Below, piece by piece: positions 47,305-55,745 of a stretch of DNA of 64,000 nucleotides (its first letter is position 1; each line of letters opens with the position of its first letter). Source of the stretch: an uncultured bacterium (lineage in GTDB: Bacteria > Patescibacteriota > Minisyncoccia > UBA6257 > 2-01-FULL-56-20); NCBI GenBank assembly GCA_963807165.1, contig CAWDZM010000001.1, positions 119,963 to 183,962 on the forward strand, in the 5' to 3' direction. The position numbers and the translations under genes were made by a program. The notes beneath the pieces were generated by a model. The model did not search any database. It worked only from the letters and a program-made list of their open reading frames with translations, and had not been told where the DNA came from.

Positions 47305-47465
47305 ATAGAGCAAACCCTCCCTCGCTTTCGACCCGAGTGGAGGGTTGCTGTTTATCCTGGCTCTTGAAAGGACGGCGTTCCGGCCTGCTGACCGGCCGCC
47401 TTGGCTCTCAGCGCCTTCGCGCTTCCGAGACACCTTTCAAAAGCCAGGATAAGCAGCAACCCATC
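47305..47465. ncRNA. candidate structured ncRNA (long irregular hairpin, ~25-bp closing helix); strand undetermined; SRP-RNA-like or 6S-like
   Basis: Closing helix GCTGTTTATCCTGGCTCTTGAAAGG / CCTTTCAAAAGCCAGGATAAGCAGC; inner hairpins; overlapping spurious ORFs on both strands; 5' string GUUGCUGUUUAUCCUGG resembles the bacterial SRP RNA 5' consensus. Confidence 0.3.
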
Positions 47466-47489
47466 CCACGCTAGTGTTATAATTAAAAG

Positions 47490-47882
47490 ATGCTTGGAAG
47501 AGATTATATCGCACCCTATTGCGCAATTCTTTTTGTATTTGCGGTTGCAAGCATTTGGTTTGGCCGGGTTGGACATTTTTTCTACGCTTCTTTAGCGGGT
47601 TGTATCATCTATTCTTCCTTATTAATATGGTTTCTACTTCCTTTTATAAAACAAAAATTGCCAATTATTATAGGTAGGTCTCTTTTTCGTATTGCGAAAG
47701 TCGTAGAAGGTTGGGATGCTATTTTCCTTTCTCTGATATTTTTAGTTCCCCTAATAGCAGCCGGGGTGGTAATCGAGATTCTTTTTCCGATTAACATCTA
47801 TAGCTTTCTTATCTCCCTTCCCATCGGAGGAGGCGTGAGCTATTGGTTTTTTTCTAAAACAACGGCCGTAAAGCCTTTTTAA
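47490..47882 (+). CDS. hypothetical membrane protein (4 TM)
   Basis: ORF plus hydrophobicity pattern. Confidence 0.4.
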   Translation: MLGRDYIAPYCAILFVFAVASIWFGRVGHFFYASLAGCIIYSSLLIWFLLPFIKQKLPIIIGRSLFRIAKVVEGWDAIFLSLIFLVPLIAAGVVIEILFPINIYSFLISLPIGGGVSYWFFSKTTAVKPF

Positions 47883-47921
47883 GATAGCTATTATCGGCTA
47901 TCTGTGTTACGGTTAGCCCAT

Positions 47922-49430
47922 ATGGAAACAAGTTCAAGTTCAGGTCAAGGGTTTTATGGATTGGGCATCGCGCCCAATATTTTAACTATCCTTGATAAAT
48001 TGGGATTTAAGACGCCTACGCCGATTCAGGAGAAATCGATTCCGGGGGGTATTGAAGGAAAAGACGTGATGGGGCTTGCGCAGACGGGCACCGGCAAGAC
48101 GCTGGCCTTTGGCATTCCTTTGATACAGGCGGCTTTGAACGGCAAACATGGCCTGGTGATCCTTCCGACGCGGGAATTGGCCCTGCAGGTGCAGGAGACG
48201 ATCAATAAAGTGGGCGGGCCGCTTGGCATCCGCACGGCGCTTTTGGTGGGCGGAGAGTCCAATTATCGCCAAGTGCAGGCCATTCACCGCCTGCCACAGA
48301 TCATCATCGGCACGCCAGGCCGTATTATGGATCATATGCAGCAGAAGACATTAAATTTAACTAAAACCAGTTTGTTGGTGTTGGACGAGGCGGATCGGAT
48401 GCTCGACATGGGTTTTGCGCCGCAACTCAAGCGGATTATGACGGGCGTCCCGCGCGAGCGGCAGACGATGCTTTTTTCCGCAACGATGCCGCAGAGTATT
48501 CTTGCGCTGGCGCAATCGTATATGAAGCTGCCGTTGCGGATTGAAATCGCGCCGCCGGGTACGACGATCGACAAGATCACGCAGGAATTATATTTTATTT
48601 CAAAGCCGGACAAGTCGCGCTTGCTTGAAAAATTATTGTACGAATATCGTGGATCGGTGTTGGTCTTCTCGCGCACTAAGCATGGTGCAAAAAAGATCGC
48701 CGCGTCGGTGCGCGCGCTCGGCCACACCGCAGCCGAGCTCCACGCCAATCGCTCGCTCGGCCAGCGCCGTGAAGCGCTCGATGGATTCCGTAACGGCAAG
48801 TATCGCGTGCTGATCGCCACGGACATCGCCGCGCGTGGCATTGATGTAAAAGGGATCGAGCTTGTGATCAACTATGATCTTCCGGACAACGCCGAGGATT
48901 ATGTGCATCGCATCGGCCGCACCGGGCGCGCCGGCGCCGCGGGCCACGCCATTTCCTTTGCCACGCCGGATCAGCGCGGCGATGTGTATGGCATCGAACG
49001 CCTCACGCGCACAAAGTTGCCGCTTTCCAAGACTCCAGAGTTGCCGCCGGCGCGCGCCGAGCAATATATTCCGCGGGAACCGTTCACGCCATATCGCGGG
49101 AAAACAGGAGTAGGCGCATCGCACGGATCTTCATCTCATGGCGCACGGCCTTCGTATAGCGGCGGTGCTTCATCTGCCCGTCGCCCGGCATTCAATCGGC
49201 CTGCATATGGCAGTGCCAAGCCAGCATATGGAGCCGCAAATAGCGCGCGACCTGCGTTTGGTTCACGGCCATCGTATGGTAGCTCAAAACCCTCATATGG
49301 CGGTGCTTCACGCCCCGCGTCATCCGGCTCCGCTTCCGCCCGCCGCCCCTTCCACAAACCAGGCGGCTTTGGTGGTCCGCGCAAGCCAGGTTCTAGCCAT
49401 TCCAGCTCCGGCCGTTATCCGCGGAGATAA
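47922..49430 (+). CDS. DEAD-box ATP-dependent RNA helicase with Ser/Gly/Arg-rich C-terminal tail
   Basis: Q-motif, AQTGTGKT, PTRELA, DEAD, SAT and HRIGRTGRAG motifs; low-complexity C-terminus. Confidence 0.85.
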   Translation: METSSSSGQGFYGLGIAPNILTILDKLGFKTPTPIQEKSIPGGIEGKDVMGLAQTGTGKTLAFGIPLIQAALNGKHGLVILPTRELALQVQETINKVGGPLGIRTALLVGGESNYRQVQAIHRLPQIIIGTPGRIMDHMQQKTLNLTKTSLLVLDEADRMLDMGFAPQLKRIMTGVPRERQTMLFSATMPQSILALAQSYMKLPLRIEIAPPGTTIDKITQELYFISKPDKSRLLEKLLYEYRGSVLVFSRTKHGAKKIAASVRALGHTAAELHANRSLGQRREALDGFRNGKYRVLIATDIAARGIDVKGIELVINYDLPDNAEDYVHRIGRTGRAGAAGHAISFATPDQRGDVYGIERLTRTKLPLSKTPELPPARAEQYIPREPFTPYRGKTGVGASHGSSSHGARPSYSGGASSARRPAFNRPAYGSAKPAYGAANSARPAFGSRPSYGSSKPSYGGASRPASSGSASARRPFHKPGGFGGPRKPGSSHSSSGRYPRR

Positions 49431-49486
49431 AAAAATTGTAATTGTAGGTTTGCCTTTGCTGTAGTAAGAGGGGAAGTGAACATTTC

Positions 49487-49750
49487 ATGAACTCGCACAA
49501 TAAAAAAATAATACTCGCAGGAGTCGGGCTTGTCGTTGTGGTCTTTGCCGCATTCGCGATCGATCAATTTTTGGTTTTGCAAAAAGCGCATAGCACCTTC
49601 GATAATTATTACGCTTTCCGTGGTTGTACACAGCTCATTTCCCAAACCGCAACCTCCGGTGTTTGTAAAACTACTTCGGGCGATACGATCACGATTGTAC
49701 AGATAAATAACCAGTGGTATCTCCAGGGCGATGGCCCGGGCGTTTGGTAG
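49487..49750 (+). CDS. hypothetical small membrane-anchored protein
   Basis: ORF with N-terminal TM. Confidence 0.3.
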   Translation: MNSHNKKIILAGVGLVVVVFAAFAIDQFLVLQKAHSTFDNYYAFRGCTQLISQTATSGVCKTTSGDTITIVQINNQWYLQGDGPGVW

Positions 49751-49768
49751 GGAATACGATTGCGGTCG

Positions 49769-50410
49769 CTACCCGGCCCTCTCTATCATTTTATAATCCT
49801 CCGCAAAGAAATATTGCGACATCTTAAAGATGCCGTAGGTCATGTATGGCGCGGCGAGTACGTCCATCGTGTAATGAATGTGGGCAAAGAGTACCGCGAT
49901 GCCGAACACAATGGATAAGATAATGTATGCATAGCGCCAAAACTTTTTATTCCAAAGAATGAGCGCCATAAGGAGGGGGAGTCCGGTGTGCCCGGAAAAA
50001 AAGAATCCTGCTTCCAATCCAAAGCCGGTATAAATGCGATCAAAGAACCCGGTGTCGGGATTAATCTGACCCGGATAGATGCCGATGTGCGTCACCGCGA
50101 TGAACATCGCGCGCGTGGCGATGAAGATCGCTGCGGCTTTTAATGTAAATAATAAATATTGTGGCTTCGCAAGAATGAGGATGATGCTAAAGGCGATGGC
50201 GAAGAGCGCACCCTCCACAATAAGCAGATTAAGGTTAACGACCGGGAGAATGCTAAGGAAAAGATCAAATGCCGGATTGCCGGGCGTGCGTTCGATGTAC
50301 GCCGAGGCATAGAACTGGAAGATAACGGCAAGTGCAAGGAGGATGAGGGCGTTAATAAGCGACCGGACGTGTTCCCGAGTGAAGAATCCTTTATAGTTGA
50401 AGTACTTCAT
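49769..50410 (-). CDS. PAP2-superfamily-like integral membrane protein
   Basis: Six TM; FSGHTG and HIHYTMDV resemble PAP2 motifs 2 and 3. Confidence 0.45.
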   Translation of the reverse strand: MKYFNYKGFFTREHVRSLINALILLALAVIFQFYASAYIERTPGNPAFDLFLSILPVVNLNLLIVEGALFAIAFSIILILAKPQYLLFTLKAAAIFIATRAMFIAVTHIGIYPGQINPDTGFFDRIYTGFGLEAGFFFSGHTGLPLLMALILWNKKFWRYAYIILSIVFGIAVLFAHIHYTMDVLAAPYMTYGIFKMSQYFFAEDYKMIERAG

Positions 50411-50464
50411 TTCCTCTTATTCTAGCATTTTTATGGGTATTTACAGCGCTCCAAGTGCTTGTCA

Positions 50465-50503
50465 AGGTTGTCCACAGTTACGCTTGACAATAATAGTTAA
50501 AGG
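50465..50503. promoter_or_regulatory. palindrome TTGTCAAG-N16-CTTGACAA in the lexA / divergent-gene promoter region (candidate LexA operator)
   Basis: cTTGTCAAGgttgtccacagttacgCTTGACAAtaat immediately upstream of lexA. Confidence 0.35.
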
Positions 50504-50517
50504 ATTAAACTGTAGTT

Positions 50518-51180
50518 ATGCACACCATACAACAAAAACTGTTAGCGCTGGCGGAAAAGAAAAACTTGGGTAACTTCACCCTGCGGGAGATTGGTGGGTT
50601 CGTGGGCGAGACGTCGCCACAGAAGATAAAACATCACCTTCAACAGCTTGAGAAGCGGGGATTCATTCATATCAATAAAATGGAACACACAATAAAAACC
50701 ACAAAACAGCAGGGCCCGACGGTAAAAGGGATACTAGGAAATGCCAAACTGCTTTCCATCCCGATTCTTGGATCAGCCAACGCCGGCCCGGCAATGGTCT
50801 TCGCCGCCTCAAATATCGAGGGCTATCTCCGCGTTTCGAGCTCTCTCGTCGCACGACCTCGATTGTCGCACCGGCTGTTTGCCCTTAAGGTGGATGGCCC
50901 GTCCATGAATATGGCGTACGTTGGTGGGAAGAAGATCGATAATGGGGATTATGTGATCATCGACAGCGAAGACCGGGAAGCGATGAATGATGATATTGTG
51001 CTTTCCGTTATTGATGGAATGGCAAACATCAAAAAATATTATGTTGATAAGGAAAATAACCAGATCCTTCTCATGTCCGAATCCACGCACGATTTCCCGG
51101 CGATCCACATCCATGAGAATGATGATTTTTCAATCAACGGCAAAGTGGTGGGCGTGATCAAGACACCGAAGAAGAAATAA
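50518..51180 (+). CDS. lexA: LexA-family repressor (wHTH plus S24 peptidase)
   Basis: N-terminal wHTH; cleavage-site-like ANAG; VDGPSMNMAY (Ser nucleophile) and ...MANIKKYY (Lys). Confidence 0.7.
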   Translation: MHTIQQKLLALAEKKNLGNFTLREIGGFVGETSPQKIKHHLQQLEKRGFIHINKMEHTIKTTKQQGPTVKGILGNAKLLSIPILGSANAGPAMVFAASNIEGYLRVSSSLVARPRLSHRLFALKVDGPSMNMAYVGGKKIDNGDYVIIDSEDREAMNDDIVLSVIDGMANIKKYYVDKENNQILLMSESTHDFPAIHIHENDDFSINGKVVGVIKTPKKK

Positions 51181-51247
51181 AAACACCCCTAGCTATTTCG
51201 CTCCAGCGTAGGAACGCCCACTCGCTCAATAGCTAGGGGTGTTTTTA
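51181..51247 (+). repeat. hairpin carrying the conserved core (copy 2) with T-run; terminator after lexA
   Basis: aaaacacccctagctattTCGCTCCAGCGTAGGAACGCCCACTCGCTCAATAGCtaggggtgttttt. Confidence 0.7.
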
Positions 51248-51317
51248 TTTCTTGTGACAACAATTTGACGATATGGCTATAGAAATGCTATGATATTTCG
51301 GCACGGAGGAAATCAAA

Positions 51318-51491
51318 ATGAATCAAGTGCATCAGAACATTGTCATAATTCTTATTGCCGCGTTGGTGTTTGTCGGATTGGTAATCTTTATCCGTCGAGA
51401 CCGACAGCGTGTGCAATATCGTTTGAGTGAGAGCGATCAACTCAAAGCCAGCGCTAATCGCGCACTCAAAGAACAACAACTGGGAGGTTGA
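51318..51491 (+). CDS. small membrane protein (57 aa) with strong RBS
   Basis: GGAGG-N7-ATG; MNQVHQNIVIILIAALVFVGLVIFIRRDRQRVQY...; followed by a terminator. Confidence 0.4.
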   Translation: MNQVHQNIVIILIAALVFVGLVIFIRRDRQRVQYRLSESDQLKASANRALKEQQLGG

Positions 51492-51498
51492 GTAGCAA

Positions 51499-51540
51499 GG
51501 CCGTGCAGGGAGATTTTTTCTCTGCACGGCCTTTTTTCTA
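51499..51540 (+). terminator. rho-independent terminator
   Basis: GGCCGTGCAGGGAGAttttttCTCTGCACGGCCTTTTTT. Confidence 0.7.
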
Positions 51541-51568
51541 TCGTAAAAGCATCGTATACTGGATAGTA

Positions 51569-52483
51569 ATGAAGAAAAGAGTATGGATTATTGTCGGAGT
51601 TGTCGTCGTGCTCATCTTGGGCGCGTATCTTTTTATCACATTTGGCCACGCGGACGAGCCCGCGAATACCGCTGGTGGTGCAATAAAGATCGTCGCCGCG
51701 GAGGATTTTTATGGCAACATTGCCCAGCAATTGGGTGGCGATAAGGTCTCGGTGACGAGCATTCTTTCGGATCCGAACGTGGATCCGCACGAATATGAAT
51801 CCGATGTGCAGGATGGCATTGCGATCACGAATGCGAACATCGTCATCGAAAACGGCCTGCAGTACGACACGTGGATGGATAAGCTTATCGCCGCAGCGCC
51901 AAATCCGAATCGCATGGTGATCATCGCCGGTGCCATCGCGCCGGATCCGCTCCAAGAGAATCCGCATGTGTGGTATGGCATTGATAATATTTCGGCTATC
52001 GCGGGCGCCATCACGACCGCGCTCATAAAGACCGATCCCGCGGACGTAGCGCTGTTTCAAAATAACCTTGCGGCTTTCAATGTATCGCTTGCGCCGATCA
52101 CGGCAAAGATGGCAGAGATCAGAACAAATTATGCAGGCACGGCAGTCGGCCTGACAGAGACGATCTATCTTTATCAAACCGAGCCGATGGGGCTGGGCGT
52201 GCTGACGCCATTCAGTTTTGAGAAGGCGATTGCGGAAGGAAACGATCCGTCGGCGCAGGATGTGAATACTGCCAACCAGCAGATCGCTCAGAAAAAGATA
52301 AGCGTGTTGATCTATAACAGCCAGACGGTGACGCCGATCACGACCAACCTGGAAAACGCCGCGCTCGCGAACGGGATTCCGGTGGTGCCAGTGACGGAAA
52401 CGATGCCGCCGAACAATACCTATCAGTCGTGGATGATGGATGAACTAAACGCGCTCGAAGCGGCGCTCGCAAAAAACCAATGA
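51569..52483 (+). CDS. znuA: metal (Zn/Mn) ABC transporter substrate-binding protein, ZnuA/TroA-like
   Basis: Signal/TM then IKIVAAEDFYGNIAQQLGGDKVSVTSIL..DPHEYE (the metal-binding His pattern of cluster A-I SBPs). Confidence 0.75.
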   Translation: MKKRVWIIVGVVVVLILGAYLFITFGHADEPANTAGGAIKIVAAEDFYGNIAQQLGGDKVSVTSILSDPNVDPHEYESDVQDGIAITNANIVIENGLQYDTWMDKLIAAAPNPNRMVIIAGAIAPDPLQENPHVWYGIDNISAIAGAITTALIKTDPADVALFQNNLAAFNVSLAPITAKMAEIRTNYAGTAVGLTETIYLYQTEPMGLGVLTPFSFEKAIAEGNDPSAQDVNTANQQIAQKKISVLIYNSQTVTPITTNLENAALANGIPVVPVTETMPPNNTYQSWMMDELNALEAALAKNQ

Positions 52484-53250
52484 ACGCTGATACAATCATT
52501 TCTCTTGATGGGGTTACGGTCGAGCTTGGCGGTCGTGCCATATTTGATGCGGTACGTTTTGAAGTAAAAAAGGGTGAATTTGTTGCGATTCTTGGGCCAA
52601 ACGGCGCGGGGAAGACGACGCTCTTTAAGTTATTGCTCGGATTATTAAAGCCGAGCAAGGGCGAAGTGCGCGTGCTTGGCGCGATTCCACGCCGCGGTGA
52701 TGGCAACATCGGCTATGCACCGCAACATCGGGTGCTCGAAACCGATCTGGCATTGCGTGCGCGTGATGTCGTCGGATTTGGATTGGATGGAAATAAATGG
52801 GGGATCGGCTTTGGCAGTCGCGCGCGTGACACGATGATCGACGCGGTGCTCAAAGAAGTCGATGCATATCAGTTTGCCGACGCGGCGGTGGGATATCTTT
52901 CCGGCGGCGAGCAACAGCGATTGCTCATTGCGCAGGCGCTTATCACCGACCCAAAAATATTATTGCTCGACGAGCCGCTTTCTAATTTGGATATCAGTCA
53001 CGCGCAGGAGATCATCGCATTACTTACGGAGATCTCAAAACATCGCGGCGTGACGATCATGCTCGTGTCGCATGATATCAATCCGCTTTTGCCGGCGGCG
53101 AACCGCGTTTTGTATATGGCGCACGGACATAGTGCGATGGGAACGCCGGACGAGATCGTGACGAGCGTGACGCTTTCCAAATTGTACGATACCAATGTGG
53201 AAGTGATACGGAGCGGCGACCATGTCTTTGTGGTTGGCGCAGAAATATAA
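52480..53250 (+). CDS. znuC: metal ABC transporter ATP-binding protein
   Basis: GPNGAGKTT, LSGGEQQRLLIAQAL, LLLDEP. Confidence 0.85.
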   Translation: MNADTIISLDGVTVELGGRAIFDAVRFEVKKGEFVAILGPNGAGKTTLFKLLLGLLKPSKGEVRVLGAIPRRGDGNIGYAPQHRVLETDLALRARDVVGFGLDGNKWGIGFGSRARDTMIDAVLKEVDAYQFADAAVGYLSGGEQQRLLIAQALITDPKILLLDEPLSNLDISHAQEIIALLTEISKHRGVTIMLVSHDINPLLPAANRVLYMAHGHSAMGTPDEIVTSVTLSKLYDTNVEVIRSGDHVFVVGAEI

Positions 53251-53266
53251 CGACACCGTTTTTTTT

Positions 53267-54064
53267 ATGTTTTCCATTTTTCAATATTCATTTATCCAAA
53301 ATGCATTCCTCGCCGGATCGGTCGTGGCGATCGTCGCCGGCTTTGTGGGATATTTTTTGGTGACGCGTGGGCTCACGTTTGCTGGTCATGCGCTTTCGCA
53401 CATCGGCTTCGCCGGCGCGGCGGCGGCATTGTTGGTCGGCGTTGATCCGATGTACGGACTTTTGCTTTTTACGATCGTTTCGGGAGTCGGTATCGGAGTT
53501 TTTGGAAAAGATTTGAGAGAAGAGGATGTGAACATCGGCATCATTATGACGCTCATGCTGGGGCTTGGCGCTCTGTTTATTGCTCTTTATAACGGCTATG
53601 CGGAACAGGCATACAGTATTTTATTCGGAACAATTTTGGGGATCAGTCACGTGAATGTTTTGATCACGCTGATATTCGGTATTGTGGCGATTGCGGTGCT
53701 TGCCGCCATCTTCCGCCCACTGCTCTTTAGCTCCATTGATCCGGAAGTTGCGGAAGCCCGCGGCGTGCCCGTGCGCGCGCTCGGCATCATTTTTTTAGTG
53801 CTCGTTGCGATTGCCGTATCGATGTCGGTGCAGGTCGTCGGTGTGTTGCTTATTTTTACACTTCTCGTCGGTCCTGCAGCCACCGCTATTCGCATCGTTC
53901 ATAATCCGCTTGGAGCGGTGACGGTTTCTATCGTACTCGCACTCGCATACACATGGCTTGGAATATTTTTGGCGGCGACAGGGAGTTGGCCAGTAACGTT
54001 CTACATCGCAACGATATCATTTGCGGTTTATCTTCCGGTACGATTACTCACTATACGCTCATGA
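53267..54064 (+). CDS. znuB: metal ABC transporter permease (ZnuB-like)
   Basis: ABC-3 family permease pattern: FIQNAFLAGSVVAIVAGFVGYFLVTRG, 8 TM. Confidence 0.8.
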   Translation: MFSIFQYSFIQNAFLAGSVVAIVAGFVGYFLVTRGLTFAGHALSHIGFAGAAAALLVGVDPMYGLLLFTIVSGVGIGVFGKDLREEDVNIGIIMTLMLGLGALFIALYNGYAEQAYSILFGTILGISHVNVLITLIFGIVAIAVLAAIFRPLLFSSIDPEVAEARGVPVRALGIIFLVLVAIAVSMSVQVVGVLLIFTLLVGPAATAIRIVHNPLGAVTVSIVLALAYTWLGIFLAATGSWPVTFYIATISFAVYLPVRLLTIRS

Positions 54065-54921
54065 ATACTTTTATCGAGCTGCTACAACAACCATTTATCG
54101 AGAACGCATTTATGGCGGGAACGTTGATTGCGATCATATCGGCGATCGTGGGCTATTTTGTGGTGTTGCGTGCGCAGGCATTCGCCGCGCATGCGCTCTC
54201 GCACGTCGGCTTTGCCGGCGCGACACTTGCAGCAGTACTTGGCATAAGCGGCTTGCTTGGTATGTCGGGATTCACCGTCGCGGCCGCACTCGGCATGGGA
54301 GCGCTGGGCAAGCGCATCCGCGGCCGCGACGTGGAGATCGGCATGATACTTTCATTTGCACTCGGACTCGGCGTGTTATTCCTGCGGCTCTATAGCAATT
54401 CGGCGAGCGAAACGGTCAGCGTGCTCTTTGGTTCAATTTTGAGCGTCACGCATGCGGACATTATTCTTACGCTCGTGTTCGGGTTCGGCACGCTCGCGAT
54501 TCTTGCCGCTATCTTCCGCCCGCTCCTTTTTAGCTCGATCGATCCGGAGGTTGCGGAGGCGCGCGGCGTGCCGATCAAAATGTTATCCATACTATTTATG
54601 TTTCTGCTCGCGATCACCGTTGCGGAGGCGATCCAGGTGGTGGGAGTGCTGCTTGTGTTTGCGCTCATCGTCGCGCCCGCTGCTGCGGCGCAGCACCTGA
54701 CGCGTAAGCCGTTTTCGGCCATCGCCATTTCTGTCGCGCTCGGCATCGCGTTCACGTGGGGCGGTCTGCTCCTTGCCGTGCTTACCAGCTGGCCGGTGAG
54801 TTTCTACATCGCGGCGCTGGCGGCGCTTACGTATTTTGCGGCGATCAGGATCGGTCATTGCGTATGGCCGCACGCGCGCATTGCGCACGAGCATCCCGGA
54901 AGGGAAGTGGGTATTATATAA
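54061..54921 (+). CDS. second metal ABC transporter permease (paralog of the upstream one)
   Basis: Collinear similarity to 53267..54064 (FIENAFMAGTLIAIISAIVGYFVVLRA...); ATGA overlap. Confidence 0.8.
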   Translation: MNTFIELLQQPFIENAFMAGTLIAIISAIVGYFVVLRAQAFAAHALSHVGFAGATLAAVLGISGLLGMSGFTVAAALGMGALGKRIRGRDVEIGMILSFALGLGVLFLRLYSNSASETVSVLFGSILSVTHADIILTLVFGFGTLAILAAIFRPLLFSSIDPEVAEARGVPIKMLSILFMFLLAITVAEAIQVVGVLLVFALIVAPAAAAQHLTRKPFSAIAISVALGIAFTWGGLLLAVLTSWPVSFYIAALAALTYFAAIRIGHCVWPHARIAHEHPGREVGII

Positions 54922-54925
54922 AAAA

Positions 54926-54958
54926 TGCCGTAGAGGGATGTTCTCCTCTACGGCATCA
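54926..54958. terminator. bidirectional terminator hairpin between convergent genes
   Basis: atgccgtagagggatgttctcctctacggcat. Confidence 0.6.
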
Positions 54959-54971
54959 TTGCCGAACCCGC

Positions 54972-55391
54972 TCATTTGATGATTTCGACACCATCTAGGC
55001 ATTGTTTATTGGTATTGTAGACCTCCTGGGACATCATCAAGTGCCACTTGGACCGCCTACTATCGTCCATTCCGATGATGACCGCTGTCGGAACGACCTT
55101 CATTGGGTCGATGATGATTTTGACGTTATCAACGGGGGGAACGTCGTTGCCTATTTTCCCCGTTGAGTCCATCGCATAGTTGAAGCTTATACGTTGGAGG
55201 CTCGTGCCGAGTGTCGTCCAGAAGAAATATAGACACCCGCGTTCGTTCTTCTCCAATCGGGGAAGGGTAAGTTTGGCCAGTGTGAATTCCGGGCCTACTA
55301 CCGTGACCGTCTGGGCCGCTGCAGGTACCGACATGACGCCGCTGCCAACAAGCAGCGCCGTTGCTAACAAAACGATGAAATGGGACTTCAT
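54972..55391 (-). CDS. hypothetical secreted protein
   Basis: Signal peptide MKSHFIVLLATALLVGSGVMSVPAAA. Confidence 0.5.
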   Translation of the reverse strand: MKSHFIVLLATALLVGSGVMSVPAAAQTVTVVGPEFTLAKLTLPRLEKNERGCLYFFWTTLGTSLQRISFNYAMDSTGKIGNDVPPVDNVKIIIDPMKVVPTAVIIGMDDSRRSKWHLMMSQEVYNTNKQCLDGVEIIK

Positions 55392-55430
55392 GAGTCCACC
55401 TCCTTCTACCGTTCTCCTTATACAATAATA

Positions 55431-55706
55431 CTAAAGCTTTGTCCAGCCTTTTCTGCGATTGCTCGGCGTGGCGGCAAGCGCTATTTTTTTCTTTCGGGAA
55501 AATCGTTTTACCTCCGCTTCGCGCCGCAACGCTTCACTGCGCGTTTTATATTTCTCTGTATGGAGAATTTTTTTCGCACCATGCGTACGGGTATATCGTG
55601 CGCCGATCTTTTTCTTGTGTTCGTCGAATCGCCGCGCGACATCGGTGGTGATCCCGGTATAGATACTTTTGTCGGAACACTCAAGAAGATAGACAAAGTA
55701 GGACAT
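55431..55706 (-). CDS. GIY-YIG nuclease-domain protein (small, YhbQ-like)
   Basis: MSYFVYLLECSDKSIYTGITTDVARRFDEHKKK...YTRTHGAKKILHTEKY...EALRREAEVKRFSRKKK; the 305-aa track ORF is an antisense extension over the neighbouring gene. Confidence 0.65.
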   Translation of the reverse strand: MSYFVYLLECSDKSIYTGITTDVARRFDEHKKKIGARYTRTHGAKKILHTEKYKTRSEALRREAEVKRFSRKKKIALAATPSNRRKGWTKL

Positions 55707-55745
55707 AAAATAACGGTAGCATTTTTCTGATATAATAAGTACATT

